Below, one piece after another: positions 1-13,535 of a stretch of 64,000 bases of DNA (within the stretch, counting starts at the first letter, position 1; every line of letters begins with the position of its first letter). The notes beneath the pieces were generated by a model, which worked only from the letters and a program-made list of their open reading frames with translations, was not told the origin of the DNA and did no database searches. The stretch is from Centroscyllium fabricii (Eukaryota). The position numbers and the translations under genes were made by a program. Location of the stretch: positions 22,878,001 to 22,942,000 of the forward strand of contig JBNRSN020000020.1 of assembly GCA_051313645.2 (NCBI GenBank). The letters run 5' to 3'.

Positions 1-2130
1 GCCCAATTGTAAACCCGGTTAAATGCCAATTCGGCCTTACTGCAATTGATTTTTTACGTCATCACATCTCCCCAGCGGGAGCCATCCCTTTACCCTCCAA
101 GGTCCAAGCGGTCACAGATTTTCCCCAGCCCAGCTCGGTTAAGTCGCTCCAGGAATTTCTAGGAATGATAAATTTTTATCACCGGTTCCTCCCCAATGCT
201 GCATCCATCATGCGCCCCCTGTACGAGGACACTAGGGGCAGGACCGGCAAGGATAGTCTTCTGTGGTCGGCTAATATGGCGGAGGCTTTTCGCAGCGCAG
301 TCGGCCCTGGCCGAAGCCACCCTTTTGACCCACCCCATCCCAGGTGCCCGGCTGTCACTCACGACAGACGCCTCGGATCATGCCATTGGCGCCGTTCAGC
401 AACAATAGGTTGACGGTGCCTGGCAGCCCCTTGCATTTTTTAGTTGCCAACTGCGGAAAAATGAGCTCTCGTATAGCACGTTCGATCGGGAACCGCTAGC
501 TCTTTTTCTTGCAGTGCGACATTTTCGTTTTCTCTTGGAGGGCCGTCCGTTCAGTGCCTACGTGGACCATAAGCCCCTTATTTTTGTTATGTCCAAAGTC
601 ACGGAGCCCTGGTCAGGTCGCCAACAGCGCCACCTGAATTTCATTTCAGAATTTACTACGGATATCCGCCACGTGTCCGGTAAGGACAATGCCATTGCCG
701 ACTGTCTCTCCCGTCCGTCCCTCCATGCGGTCCACGTTGGTGTTCATTACACAGAAATGGCACGCGCCCAGATGCTGAGCTGCAGGCTTTTCATTCTGCG
801 TCCACCAGCCTGACCCTAGCGGACATCCATTTTTCATGCAGCCGGCACGACTCGTGACGTTTCTGTTTCCACCCCCAGGCCCATCTCCTGGCGCAGGCGC
901 ATTTTTGCATGGGCGCTCACACCCGGGCTTCTCAAACTTATGTCAGCCAAATTTGTTTGGCCGGACCTGCACACGATGTGTGGGACTGGACTAACACCTG
1001 TCATGGCTGCCAACATGCTAAAGTCCATCAGCATACGAAGGCTCCCCAGCAAAACTTTCCGGTGCCCGAGCGGCGGTTTGATCATGTCCACGTTGATTTG
1101 GTTGGTCCCTTGCCCCCATCACAGGGATTCACCCATCTCCGTACCACTAGGTGGCCGGAGGTCGTACCCCTTTCTTCCACCACTACGGCCAACATGGCAC
1201 GCGCCTTTATTTTTTCATGGGTGGCCCGGTTTGGGGTTCCGTTGGACATCACTTCCGACAGGGGCCCCACAGTTCACCTCCCAACTGTGGAGCGCAATCG
1301 CCACTGGTCTGGGGACGCAGTTGCACCGCATGACTGCTTATCATCCACAGGCAAACGGTATTTGCGAACGTTTCCAACGCGCCCTCAAGGCCTCACTTCG
1401 TGCCAGCTTAGTCGACGCCAATTGGTTGGACAGACTCCCTTGGGTCCTGCTGGGGTTGCGCTCCGCACCCAAGGACGACCTCGGCGTGTCTACCGCCGAA
1501 CTAGTTTTTGGACAACCATTGCACATTCCAGGAGAGTTCCTCCCCTCCATCACTGAGAATTGGGCAGCCGGGGAGCAGCTCGCCCGGCACAATGACGCTG
1601 CGCATCTTTTCCTTCCAGTGCCCACCTCTTGGCATGGTGCCCGGTCATCCCACATACCCACCGAGCTCTGTCGGGCATGATTTGTTTGTGCGTCGCGATG
1701 CCCTTAGGACTCCTTTACAGGCGCCATATACTGGCCCTTTTAGGGTGCTGGAGGCTGGCGACAAGGCTTTCCTCCTCGCGGTTGGAGGCGGACAGGACCT
1801 CGTTTCCACCAACTGGCTTAAACCAGCCCATTTGGACCCAGCCTCGCCTTTACAGTCCTTCCGGGCCACGCACCAGGAGCATTTCTCTGCCCAGAGTGTG
1901 TTCCCAGCGGGTCCCGTGCTGGTTCCACTCCTGGATACAGCTCCGGCTCCTGCTCCACCTCCGGGTTTCTCTCCGGTCTCTCCTCCCACTCCTGCGGCGC
2001 AGCCGCCCTCCAGTCCTGTTCGCGGATCCCCGGTATCTTCCCCTGCACCTGCAGCCTATCGCACTCGTTGCGGCCGCCTTGTCATGCCTCCTCGGAGGTT
2101 GACTTATGTTCATGAGGATTCTGGGGGGGT
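1..2130 (+). mobile_element. Gypsy/Ty3 LTR retrotransposon, 3' part of decayed pol (end of RT, RNase H, integrase) plus polypurine tract
   Basis: ORF fragments 'GMINFYHRFLP', 'LTTDASDHAIGAVQQ', 'RHFRFLLEGRPFSAYVDHKPL', 'RFDHVHVDLVGPLPPSQGF', 'FGVPLDITSDRG', 'TAYHPQANGICERFQRALK', 'PLQAPYTGPFRVL' (GPY/F motif); several stops and frameshifts; G-run PPT at ~2123-2129. Confidence 0.93.
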
Positions 2131-2133
2131 GTG

Positions 2134-2386
2134 TGTAGCATAGCCACTAGTCTCTCCAGGACGTTATAATCCCCATTTCAGAGTTGGTCCTGCCAGTTTC
2201 CCCATTGGGTGGTTGGATCAACAGTTCCGGTTCCTGATAGCTCAAAAGCCCCATGATGCCTTGCGGTTTCGCGCCTTTTGAGAGTTAGTCGTGTTTGGAT
2301 TGAAACCAATAAAGACCGGTTAGCTTGCTCCGCGATCGTGCGACGTTTTATTGATTTTAAAGAGTGGGGAACGGCCGTTCCCTACA
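2134..2386 (+). mobile_element. 3' LTR of the Gypsy element (~253 bp)
   Basis: Follows the PPT; termini TGTAG...CTACA; AATAAA at 2308-2313. Confidence 0.85.
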
Positions 2387-2437
2387 GTATAATTGGCCTG
2401 CTGTCCACTGAATCATATCATGTTTTGTTAATTATTT

Positions 2438-2665
2438 GTTTCTGAGATGTGGGCATCGCTGGCAAGGCCAGCATTTATTGCCCCTCACCAATTGCCCTGG
2501 AGAAGGTGGTGGTGAGCTGCCTTCTTTAGCCGCTGCAGTCAGTGTGCTGAAGGGACTCCCACAGTGCTGTTAGGTAGGGAGTTCCAGGATTTAGACCCAA
2601 CGTCGATGAAGGATTGACGATATACTTCTAAATCAGGATGGTGTGCGACTTAGAGGGCAACGCTT
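2438..2665 (-). mobile_element. CR1-like LINE 3' end fragment (related to 27777-29380)
   Basis: Reverse complement resembles the tail 'caccaccttctc.agggcaatt.gg...aataaatgctggccttgccagcgatgcccacatc'. Confidence 0.7.
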
Positions 2666-3028
2666 TAAAGACAGAATTGCCGAGAAAGCAGTCATTTATC
2701 ACAGTATAACGAGCCTGCCCTGGCTACAAATTTTGCAGTATTTCTGGGGACAGCTGTGAAAGACCATGAAAACACTAGTCCTGGTAAGGAGGCCAACCCA
2801 AGATTTTGGCTTTGCATTTTCTTCCACCACTCAAGCACCTCATTAGAGTACTCCCACGTTACATATAATGGAATTTCAACTAAATATACTTAACCCAAAT
2901 CGTTTGACTCACTAATATAAATCAATCATTTGCCTCTCAAAAGTTGGATTCCCATATGTTACTTGGTAGTGATCACATTAGAAGCACGGAGCGGTTTGTT
3001 AAATCGGCGACGTTGACCCAGCTCTTAC

Positions 3029-3141
3029 CTGTCGTAATCTTGGCCACTTTCTCCGCACTCACTTTGTTTCCTTTTCCCTTTGACAAACTGTATTCCACAA
3101 CATCCCCGACATCCAGCTCATCAACATCGCCCGAGAACTCA
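3029..3141 (-). CDS. CSDE1: CSDE1 coding exon (113 nt): (S)EFSGDVDELDVGDVVEYSLSKGKGNKVSAEKVAKITT
   Basis: Matches UNR EFSGDVDSLELGDMVEYSLSKGKGNKVSAEKV; acceptor cag at 3142-3144, donor gtaag at 3024-3028; phase fits the upstream exon. Confidence 0.96.
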
Positions 3142-5042
3142 CTGCAGAACAACAAGAACATCAGTGGAACAAATGCAACAAGCTCAATAGTTGCAGCACT
3201 GCTCAAAGGTTGAAGCGTATACAGCTCGGACATCATTGTATTGATATTGTGCCAAGACCAATAGAAATTCAAATATTGGCAAACTAGTAAAGTGTCAGTA
3301 TGCTGGTTAATATCACACTTCAATGTAGCCGCCAACAATTAAAATAGCCATGTTTAAAACAGTCAGTCGCTTATACCGGCCAAAAAAAACAACCATTAGC
3401 ATTAGTGTCAATTTTGAAGTTTCTGGTTATGTGCTCCATTTAATTTGGGAGAAACAGCTGTGCTTACTCACTCAATAAGAAACTCTCTAAGAGGCTATTC
3501 CACAAATAATATTGCATAATTGCCACCCGCTAAATGTCTCACACTAATGGCAATATCTAGGCTTCATAGATTTCCATAATTCCGGATCACTAACTGAACA
3601 AATGTTGGTACAGATGTCAGAGGTACAGAGCCACCGAGGCAGCAACATCCCGTTCTGTATCTGTTGCAACGGTCCGCATTTCAGACAGTTTGTGGATTAA
3701 AAAATCTCTGGTGTGCCTCAATTTTCCCCTTCCACTACATGATGCAGCTACTCCAGGAATCCAAAGTCTGCTACACATTGTGTACAAGAGTTCCTGATCT
3801 ACAAAAACTACTGCCAACATGCAGGAACGTTTCAATTCCTCTGGAGCAACAGGTAGGGGTAAAGGGAGAAGAGGATGAAAAGGGCTAGCATGAACTGGAA
3901 GGGGAATCAGAACAGTGCAGTCAGTGGTGTGTGAGGACAGCTAAATTAGATTAATGGCAAGTGTTGTTAACTTACTGGTTTCACAAGATATTTAAACGGC
4001 TTTGCGGCAGGAGGTGGACATCCTAAAGTTTCTCATTATATTTTTGTTTGGGGGGGGGGGGGGGGCCTCTTTTCAATACAGTCAAAAAAGTTTAAAAGCA
4101 GATCTGATAGAAATATTCAAAATTATGAAGTTAATATCCTGGAATTCCACAACATCACTAGGTTGAAGGTGACCCCCCATCAGCTGCTCAGGGAAACCAC
4201 GATGAGCAGAAAATGTGATCTTGCCAGCATCGCCCACAACAGAGAACCATACAAAAAAGGAAATAATTTATACTGTCTGGTGAGTCAGTAACTAGAGGGC
4301 ATAATTTTACTGGCAAAAGGACAAAGAGGTCAGTATTTTTTGTGTAGGGTGCTGTTACAACATGGATTACCCTACCAGAAATTGATGGAGAGAGAATTCA
4401 TAGTGGGTTGGAAAAGGAAGTGGATAAATATTTTGAAAAAGAAAAAAATAGGGAGATGGGACTAAGCAGATATAGGTCTTCTGTAAACCCAGCACAGGTG
4501 CGAATGGGCTGAAATGCCCATTTGTGCTGTAAAACACATTATTCCAAGTCTTGTGTACTCATTGGTAGTGACTCACTTTGGTTTAAAAAACAAATGACTG
4601 TACTTCAATGAAAAAAGTTCCAAGCATTTAAATAGGCCGACAATGTGAAGTCAATAAGACTGATGCACTGCTGGTGTTGCTTTCATATTGATAGTTGTAC
4701 ATATCTGATCCCAATTGGAACAGAGAGTTCAATACAGGCAGTTACATTTTAAATTAAATGTATGTAGCTAGGCCAAGGTTTTACAGTGTCCTTGATGTCT
4801 TGCAACAAAATTCATCCTCTTGTATACAACTTTCAACCTTGCTTCCTGAACCGCAAGTAATATTCGATCTGTCCACCCATACACAAACTTCCGGTCAAAT
4901 ATAATGTAAAGTTAGGACAATGTCCCAACTTACTGGCAGAGTGGTATAAAGTGGATTCACAACAGTAAATTCCTCTATTTGACTCACTCCCAACCATACC
5001 ACTGCCTTGAAGGCAAGGCATCTTCATAGGGGATAGCGAGTT

Positions 5043-5650
5043 ACATAAGAACATAAGAAATAGGAGCAGAGTAGGCCAATCGGCCCCTCGAGCCTGCACC
5101 GCCGTTCAACAAGATCATGGCTGATCTGATCCTAACCTCAATTTTATTTTTACTTTCCATCACGCCCAAACCCATGTGATCACCCAGGAGAGGCGAAAAA
5201 CCAGATAAAAATCCCAGTGGCCAATTTGGGAGAAAAAAATCTGGGAAATTCCTCTCCGACCCATCTAGGCGATCGAAAACTGGTCCAGGAGATCACATGG
5301 CCGATCTGAACCTAGCCTCACGTCCACTTACCTGCCCGCTCACCGTAACCCTTAATTCCCATTACTTCCAGGAAACTGTATCTCTGTTTAAATTTATTCA
5401 ATGTAGTAGTTTCCACAGCTCTCTGGGGCAGCAAATTCCACAGCCCCACCACCCTCTGAGTGAAGAGGTTTCTCCTCATCTCAGTTTTGAAATGGCAGCC
5501 CCTTATTTTAAGATTATGTCGCCTAGTCCTAGTTTCACCCACCATTGGGAACATCCTCACCGCATCCACCCGATCAAGCCCTCTCACAATCTTATGTTTC
5601 AATAAGATCGCATCTCATTCTTCTGAATGCCAATGAGTAGAGGCCCAAGC
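5043..5650 (-). mobile_element. CR1 LINE 3' fragment
   Basis: ORF 'KIVRGLDRVDAVRMFPMVGETRTRRHNLKIRG...FTQRVVGLWNLLP' (CR1 ORF2 C-terminus); (ttcttatg)n tail. Confidence 0.88.
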
Positions 5651-8244
5651 CACTTTTGCTTAGTGAGTTTGTCATCATCTTGCCTTCAGTTCTGGGGAAT
5701 GTCTCATCACAATGGCAAATCAGAAGAGGGACAAAAATAAAATTAACACCTACAATTTTTGTTGGTCATGATCTACACTATTTCTCTGTGCAAACTGCAA
5801 AATTAGAAAGCAAGCATTAAATTGTTCCCATTTATACAAATAACCCAATTTTTAATACCTAAAATAACTCAATTTTGAAATGCCTTACATTAAGATCAAC
5901 CAAGTATCCCATTTTAGTATTGAAATGGATAGAATTGGATGTGCCACGGTAAAAATGCACGTTAGCCAAGCCAGTGCTGCTTTCTATAAACTAAAATGTT
6001 CTATTTCCAGGCTCTGCAAATGTATAAATATATTTATGGATTACAAGGTAAATATTTAACTGAAAATAATTCATAAAGTTGCAGATTGTGTGAATCTTTC
6101 AACTGTTTTAACCTTCATGTGATTTTCTTTAAAAAAGTGTTAATTAGCACTACTTGAGACCAGATTGTGAAACAGGATATATAGTACATCCAACTAGCTG
6201 ATCAGTTACTCCTTGCAAATACTTGCCTTAAGATAGATACAATTAAGTGTATGGCATTTCAGAAAGGCACATTTTAAAAACGACGAGTAATTCTGGAGGT
6301 GGTATTTTGTGCCACCTACGCAAAGTCAGATGAAAAAAAAGTGAACTTTTAGGTTTTATATTAATTTACTTCAGGATATGCAACTCATACTTCTGAAGCA
6401 GATTTTGGGTTAGATTTTTCCACCGCAACAGCAAATGCAGAGGAAAATGTGTTGGCTGTTGCTCTAGTGGAGGTGCAAGTCCCACATCTGTATGGCAGTA
6501 CTATCAGCAGTGCGCTCTAAAGAAAGTTTATGAAAATATCTGAAAACGACACCAAAAACAAAAGAAAGGCTCTGAAGCAAAAGAGCACAGAAGGTTTTTG
6601 AAAGCACAAGTGGGGAATCTCCAGATTGTAACCCAAGCCATTTGCCTGCCCTCCATTCCCCTCTTCCTCCTCCCTCAAAGAGCCACAATAACTACTGTGG
6701 GGAAAAGTTATAATTTGAATGGGAAAGGGAAGGAAAGAATGCAGTTTTTAGAAATGTCCTGAAGTCAATTTGATAAAAGACTATGCACAAGGAAAAGGCG
6801 AGAGTGTGTTGTGAACACACACGTTGCACAATGAGTCTCTAGCTCCTCCTTTTGTTATTGTAGCAACCAATGTTTGGCTGTTAAGAAACTCCGTTTGAAC
6901 CAAAAGAACAAAAACCACCAATTATTCACAGGAGCGCTGGATGGAATAGAAGGACAATCAGAGAGACCCATTCCTCTTTGTTTTTCCTCTAAGACTTTCT
7001 TGTGCATCGCCAGGTGTTTCCGTCTCCTGATTTCCAGCCTGTGGTAGTGATGCAAGTGGGTGTGGGAGTAAAGGGGGGGGGGGGGGGGGGGGGAAAGCCA
7101 TCAGAAAGCTGCTGCCCACTGCACTGCAGTCCCAGACATTCCAAATGATGCATTCCTCGTGAGTTTCACCTGAAAGATGGGCTCCTCTTGCCTAGCTGCA
7201 GGGAGCTGTTCAGACACTCAAGCATCCGTTAACTGATTTAAGAATGACTTAAGGTGAAGGTGGGCCCTAGCTCTTTGCCATGTCCATTTCAAATCACTCT
7301 ACTGGAAGGAGAAGATGGAGCTATTGCTTGTGGAGCTGTCGTACTGTGGAAAGTTCTTTAAAAAAGGGAGCGGGACGACGACACAAAGGGGTCTCAAAAG
7401 TGCATGGTTGCAGTCAAGAAACCAGGATTTTTGGTGTACTGCTTTATGGCTGGCTCTCAACTTTAATACCAGCAGAAATGTCAAAAAATATACAATGATT
7501 ACTCCAGTATCAAGTGGAAAAGTAACCTTTAGAAACTTAGCATTCGTCAGATGGCAAACACTTCTGAAAAAGACAATTCTAATTTGCTTTAATACAGAAA
7601 GCAGCCTTGTACTGGAGCTATTTTACTGGCCTCTTATCCAAGCACATTTCACAGTCATATGGGGAATAGCTCATTAGTGACACCATCTAGTGCTGGGTGC
7701 CTGACTGCACAGTTCGCTTTGCTTCTTCCCATGTTGAACCTACAAGTGTTAGATTTTAGGCATGCATTCGGAAAAGGATCAAAAAACCAAAAAAAAGTCT
7801 CTGTTTAGTGGTCATGAACAATAATTGCCCATTTACACGGTCTAAATCCATGGAGTAATTCTCCATACAATAGTGAAATCCCTGTAGCCAGTAGAGTTTT
7901 CATTGCAATTCCATGTGGCTGGCCTCACTGAAGGGAGTCCTTTATCTAAACATTTAGATCCATCATGAGATGCCAGTGACCACACTTCCCACATACACAC
8001 AAGATCTGACTGTAGAAAAATTCTATGCAGAGAAGCAAAAAGTAACACCAACCTATTTCAGTAAAATGCACACCCAATCCAGACACTCAAAACTTGCTAG
8101 GAAAGGTCATGCTTAGGGCTTCTGGACGAAGTAACCAAATAGCGAACGGTCTGGATTTCAGACTCATTAGGTAGGCACTTCTCCAGATGACTACATTCCA
8201 CACTATTCTGTAAATACAGTGCAAAAGTCAAATATGTGGCTCAC

Positions 8245-8420
8245 CTGTAGTGGAAGAAGATTTCTTGATCATGTTGAGAAGTTTCTATGAAGCCAAAGTT
8301 ATCCTTCAATGCTGCCACATAGCCGACAAGTCTCTTGGCATTGGGGTTACGATTTAGAATTTTGATTGACACTGCACTCTGTAGACCAGTTCTTTTAACT
8401 TCACAAATGCTAAATTCAAT
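8245..8420 (-). CDS. CSDE1: CSDE1 coding exon (176 nt): IEFSICEVKRTGLQSAVSIKILNRNPNAKRLVGYVAALKDNFGFIETSQHDQEIFFHY(S)
   Basis: Manual translation; cold-shock motifs FGFI and IFFHYS; acceptor tag at 8421-8423, donor gtgag at 8240-8244. Confidence 0.96.
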
Positions 8421-10529
8421 CTAGATGAAAGATTAGAGAAAAAATTAGTACATTCCAGCAAGAATTTTGAATTGACTATTTATTTCCATGTAAGCAATGT
8501 GGCTTTATAAAAACGAGCATTGCTAGACCAATGGAAATACACACACTTGCCTAGGTATAGAATCGCAACAAGTCTGACAGATAACCCAAGAAAGTTATTT
8601 TTCCCATTTAAACTTCAGATACATCACATACATGATAACTCTGTAGGTGACCGTAACCAGCTTGTGGATTGGTCATTGAAATGCATCACACTGCATGATC
8701 AGCCAAAGATGGTCTTTTTGTTGGTTATAAAGGGCTTGCATGAAACACCTTTGGGGAGCCTCAGCCCAGCTCAGGCAGGATGTGGGATTACAATTTTACT
8801 GAATATTTGTGGGCCAAGGCCCATGAAAACGAGTTAGGTTTTGACAGCCAATGTGGGAGCAAATGGATGCATCTTCAAATAGTTTTCTGAAGCCACATCA
8901 CAAAACTACTCAACAATTCTCGACAGTTCAGTGAGTTTATCGTATCAGTAGCTGCTCCATACAGACCAGGTAGGGGGGTCAGTGGTCCCCAAAATGGAAA
9001 AAGCATCACTGTCTGTACCACAAGCATTGCAGAACACAAAATTCACAAGATATAGATTTAAAGATATAGATTTAGTAGACTGCATAACCAAAATACATGA
9101 CAGAAACTGCAGGGCAGGAAAGAAAAAAAAAGGATGAAGATCATGTTTTGCAGTAGAGGCGGGCTTACATTACTAGGAACCAATAACCACGGTCTTAATT
9201 ATTATATGAGCCTCACTTAAGTGCCAAGCATAGTATCATTCCAACTCCTGTCAGTTAGTTGGAGAGAAATCCTAATGAGTCCTAAAGTATTATAGAACAA
9301 TTTAACTGATGTGTTTTTGCATTAACAAAAATTAATTGGTTCATCACAATCAGCAAAATGCAGGTATTCATTCCATTTAGGAGACAGCTATAACTCACTC
9401 ATGGATATTTCTACAAGACAAATAACTACCATATGCAGCATATTTCAACTCTACCAGCTGATCAACAAATTGGTACTTACAAGTAAATGCATTAAGAGGT
9501 TGAACTTTCTGAAAAGCAAGTTTGTGGTATTGGATTAGCACAAACTTTAAAAAGGCCCCCACTGGCACATCTTCATCCATAATGTTCTGGATTTCAACCT
9601 TACCCCTGAGCACTGCCATTATTATGATGACCAAAGAATATTTTTGCAGGGCACGTGTAAGTTGCATTTGCAAAAGCATCCTTTCCACCCAAAACTTTGT
9701 GGCAACACAGCACTCCACGGAGCGAGAATGAACAGAAGCTGGGAACTAAACTCTCCATCACACAAAGATATAATGGGCAGGTACACAAACTGAGTAACCA
9801 CAGAAGTGTACAGGACAGAGGGAACCCATTTGGTCCTTCATGTCTTTGCCAGCTTTTTACCAGAGCAATCAAAAAACAATTCACTGTTCTGATCACTCTC
9901 CATTTTGAAGCAGAGAAAAATAAATCAATTATTTCCTTAAAAAGGTTTCTGCTTCAATTACTCCCTCCCTGTGGCAAAGCATTCTATGTTCCAACAATTA
10001 AATGTAAAGCAGTTTCTCCTAACCTCTCTCCTCACTATTGTCGAAATTGTAAATTGATAACCCTCATTACAAATTCAGGTTTGATGTAACTAGAAAATTC
10101 TTTAGTGTCAGTCACTCCTTCAAGTGGCCCGTCTTGCTTTTATGGAAGTTGACTCACTGTCCTGTATCTACAGTAGTATCCCGTTGCAATGCGGATTGGA
10201 ACCTCAAACCTTTCGCATGTTTCTTCAGTCTCTCAGCAGGTGGAATGAGTCAACACTGGACAGAGTGAATTTGGTTTGATAAGACAAGCTGTTTTATTCC
10301 ACAGCAAGGCGAAACATACAGAGCAATAGGTATGACCAGTCACTTGGTTCACTCAGTACAACTTGTGTGCATAATGATACAAAATAAAGGCGACATGAGG
10401 CTACCGCCACTTTGAAGCTTTTAACTTTGAGAATAAATGCTTCTATTCTTAACCTACAGCCCAGAGCAGAACCACTCTCCATGCAGTCCAGTTTTCCTCA
10501 ACCTTTTACTGCCTGCCTGTTCATGTATA

Positions 10530-11420
10530 AATCGTAGAATTGATACAGCACGGAAGGCGGCCATTCGGCCCAACGCCGGCTCTCTAAGAGCACTTCAGTT
10601 AATCCCACTCCCCCGCCCTTTCCCTGTAGCCCTGCAAATTTCTTTCCTTCAGATACTTATCCAATTCCCTTTGGAAAGCCGTGACTGAGTCTGCCTCCAC
10701 CACCCTTTCAGACAGTGCACTCCAGATCCTAACCACTTGCTGCGTAAAAATGTTTTTCTTGCGTCGCCTTTGGTTCTTTTGCCAATCACCTTAAATCTGT
10801 GTTCTCTGGTTTGCGACCCTTCTGCCAATGGGAACAGTTTCTCTCCATCTACTCGAACCAGACCCCGCATGATTTTGGACACCTCCATCAAATCTCCTCT
10901 CAATCTTCTCTGCTCGAAGGAGAACAGCCCCAGCTTCTCCAGTCTATCAATGCAACTGAATTCACTCACTCCTGGAATCATTCTCTAAGGCCTTTACATC
11001 TCTCCTAAAGTGCGGTGCTCAGAATTGGACAACACTCCAGTTGGGGTCAAACCAGTGCTTTATACAGGTTCATCATAATTTCCACATTTTTGTGCTCTAT
11101 GCCTCGATTTATGAAGCCCAGGATCCCGTAAGTGCTTTCTCAACCTGCCCTGCCACTTTCAACGATTTGTGCACACATACCCCCAGGTCTCGGTTCGTGC
11201 ACCCCCTTTAGGATTGTACCATTTAGTTTATATTTCCTCTCATTCTTTCTACCAAAATGCATCACTTCACACTTTTCGGTGTTGAATTTCATCTGCCACC
11301 AGCCTGCATGTTTTCTTGAAGTCTATCACTATCCTCCTCACTGTTCAATATACTTCAAGTTTTGTGTCACCTGCAAATTTTTAAATTGTGTCCTGCACAC
11401 CCAAGTCCAAGTCATGAATA
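10530..11420 (-). mobile_element. CR1 LINE 3' fragment, degraded
   Basis: ORF 'RLEKLGLFSFEQRRLRGDLMEVSKIMRG...LFPLAEGSQTREHRFKVIG'; CR1 3' UTR. Confidence 0.88.
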
Positions 11421-11424
11421 TATA

Positions 11425-11747
11425 CAGGTTGAGCACCGTTAATCCGGCACCCTCGGGACCAGGCCGGTTCCGAATCACTGAAGGTTCGGGGGGGGGACAC
11501 GAAGCGCGCGGTAGAACACTCCCCGGGAGGGGTGGAATACTCCCTGGGAGGGAGCCCGGGGATGGAACACTTACAAAAGCTAACAGAAACCCAAATGCCT
11601 GACGCCGTCGGCGCTCGCTCAATCTTCATGGGAAACAGTGGCGCCGTCGAGCGGCTGCTCCGCAAAATGAAGAGCGCCGGTTTCCAATCGTGCCGGACCA
11701 CTGAAGCTGCCGGACCATCGGGTGCCGGATTACCGGTGCTCAACCTG
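11425..11747. mobile_element. Tigger/pogo-like MITE, copy 1
   Basis: TA on both flanks; 28-bp TIR CAGGTTGAGCACCG(T/G)TAATCCGGCACCC with one mismatch. Confidence 0.88.
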
Positions 11748-11804
11748 TACTGTAAACTAACCATTGCCGTATAACATTTATTAGCTCTTTACTCCTGTAA
11801 GATT

Positions 11805-11920
11805 TTCCCTTCCTATATTACAACAGTGTCTACACTTCAAAAGTACTTCATTGAATGTAAAGCACCTTGGGACGTCCGGTGGTCGTGAAAGGTGCGGTAT
11901 AAACACAAGTGTTTCTTTAT
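11805..11920 (+). mobile_element. SacSINE1/Deu-type SINE 3' fragment
   Basis: 'ctacacttcaaaagtacttcattg...gtcgtgaaaggtgcggtataaacacaagt' matches the tails of the copies at 17347 and 39857. Confidence 0.7.
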
Positions 11921-13354
11921 TATAAAACCCAAATACTATTGGCTATTATGGTTTTATCTGCACTCGCACTGGCAGAGAATTAACTATTTGAACACGTGTC
12001 ACTCATTTTTTTCAATGTCTGGAGAAAGAATGTAAATTTTCAATTAATGTCCGCATTTCAAGTAAGTTTTTAAAACTACTGGGCAGCACGATGCAGGTTT
12101 GATCCTGACCTACAGTCATGACCTTAGCTGCTTTACAATTGGAAGAGAAGGGAGAAAATAGCTGGTGCACACCAACCAGCGATCCATCAGAAGAGCAAAA
12201 CTGGTAGGGGTCTGTAATGGTTACATTAGGGTAAAAATCAGATAGAAACGAAGGGAGATTTCCATTCCAATATAATGGAGTGTAAACTTCACTTCATTCC
12301 CACCCCCCCACCAAACAAGGATAAATTGCAATCCAGATGGGCAAATAGTGCTTTCCAGCCACATTACAGAGTGACGAGCACGTTAGAGCAGACATACTAA
12401 TTCTGTAGTCTTTGGAAATGCAACAATGTATGCAGGGACCAATATCTATTATATATGAAAACTGCTGAGTGGGTCACAACATTCCATTTCAAATTATATT
12501 GAAAATTCCTGTCATACCACTTCAGTGGGGAAAAAACATTTATTGAAGTATAACTTATTTGCATCTGTAGATGGCATTTTATCATCGACGAGTTAAATTT
12601 CAAATCTTGTTATGCAACACTAGGTTTAAAAACCTAAAAATCAGAACTCGACATTGTAAAGGAATTACTGGAGTCATCCTGCAGCACCATACCACGGCCA
12701 CATGGTGGCTCTGCACCAGCTTCTCAATTCGAAGGGATTATGTTGTGCCTGAGCTGCAGTCGTCTCCTTGGCCTCAAGGCAAGAGAATATTGCAATAGAT
12801 GCCATTCAACGCCACCAACATCTCCTCCCCCTCCCACCACAGAACACTACCTGAAATTTTATTCCCCTCACTCCCAGCCACCACGGGCTCTCATCGCCCC
12901 GTTTTAGCCACACTACCCAACTCGGCTGCCTGCCCTCTCCCCAACTGGCTGCTATTGGCCTTGGCTGCAGGCCCACTATGCACCTTGCCTTTTAACAAGA
13001 GCTGGCCATCACCCCCCGTCCTCGTAGCCCACCCGCCCCCCTCCCCAAGGACCTCAGCGGCTTTACTCCACAGATACACTCGCACCGATTCCCCATACTG
13101 CCAAAAGCGCTCAGCCACTCGAAATCTCGAATGATTGGTGGCCTGCCAGTGTGCTAGCTATCTTCCCAGGCTGCAAAACTCTGCAAACCCCCCCCCCCCC
13201 AACCCCGTCTTTCTCCCCCCAACCTCGTTTTTCTCCCTAACCCGGCTATTTTCATGTGCTAGCCCTCTTCTTCCAAAGAACGTTCTAGGAGCCCCCGCCA
13301 TAATGAAGTGTGTTGAGCTTCATTTCTCTCCACTCCTATGGGCTTTCTGGATAC

Positions 13355-13535
13355 AGGGGGAGCGCTGTCCTGTCACAGGTGCAGTCTTTCGTATCAGACA
13401 ACAGAGACCCCCATCGACTCGGTTAAGAGGACGTAAAAGATCCTATGGCACTATCGAAGGGCAGGAGAGCTCGTTTGGTGTCCTGCACAATAGTTATCCC
13501 TCTCCTCAACCATCACTAAAAATAGGGTCTATTGT
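13355..13535 (+). mobile_element. SacSINE1/Deu-type SINE internal fragment
   Basis: 'ggacgtaaaagatcctatggcactat...ggtgtcctg...tatccctc' Deu-like core. Confidence 0.65.

Noticed and set aside
9395-9718. 107-aa minus-strand ORF with a GTAAGT donor near 9475
   Set aside because: No similarity to CSDE1 and no convincing acceptor; the neighbouring exons already join in frame
12845-13320. GC-rich segment possibly from a non-autonomous DNA transposon
   Set aside because: Could not define TIRs or a TSD with confidence
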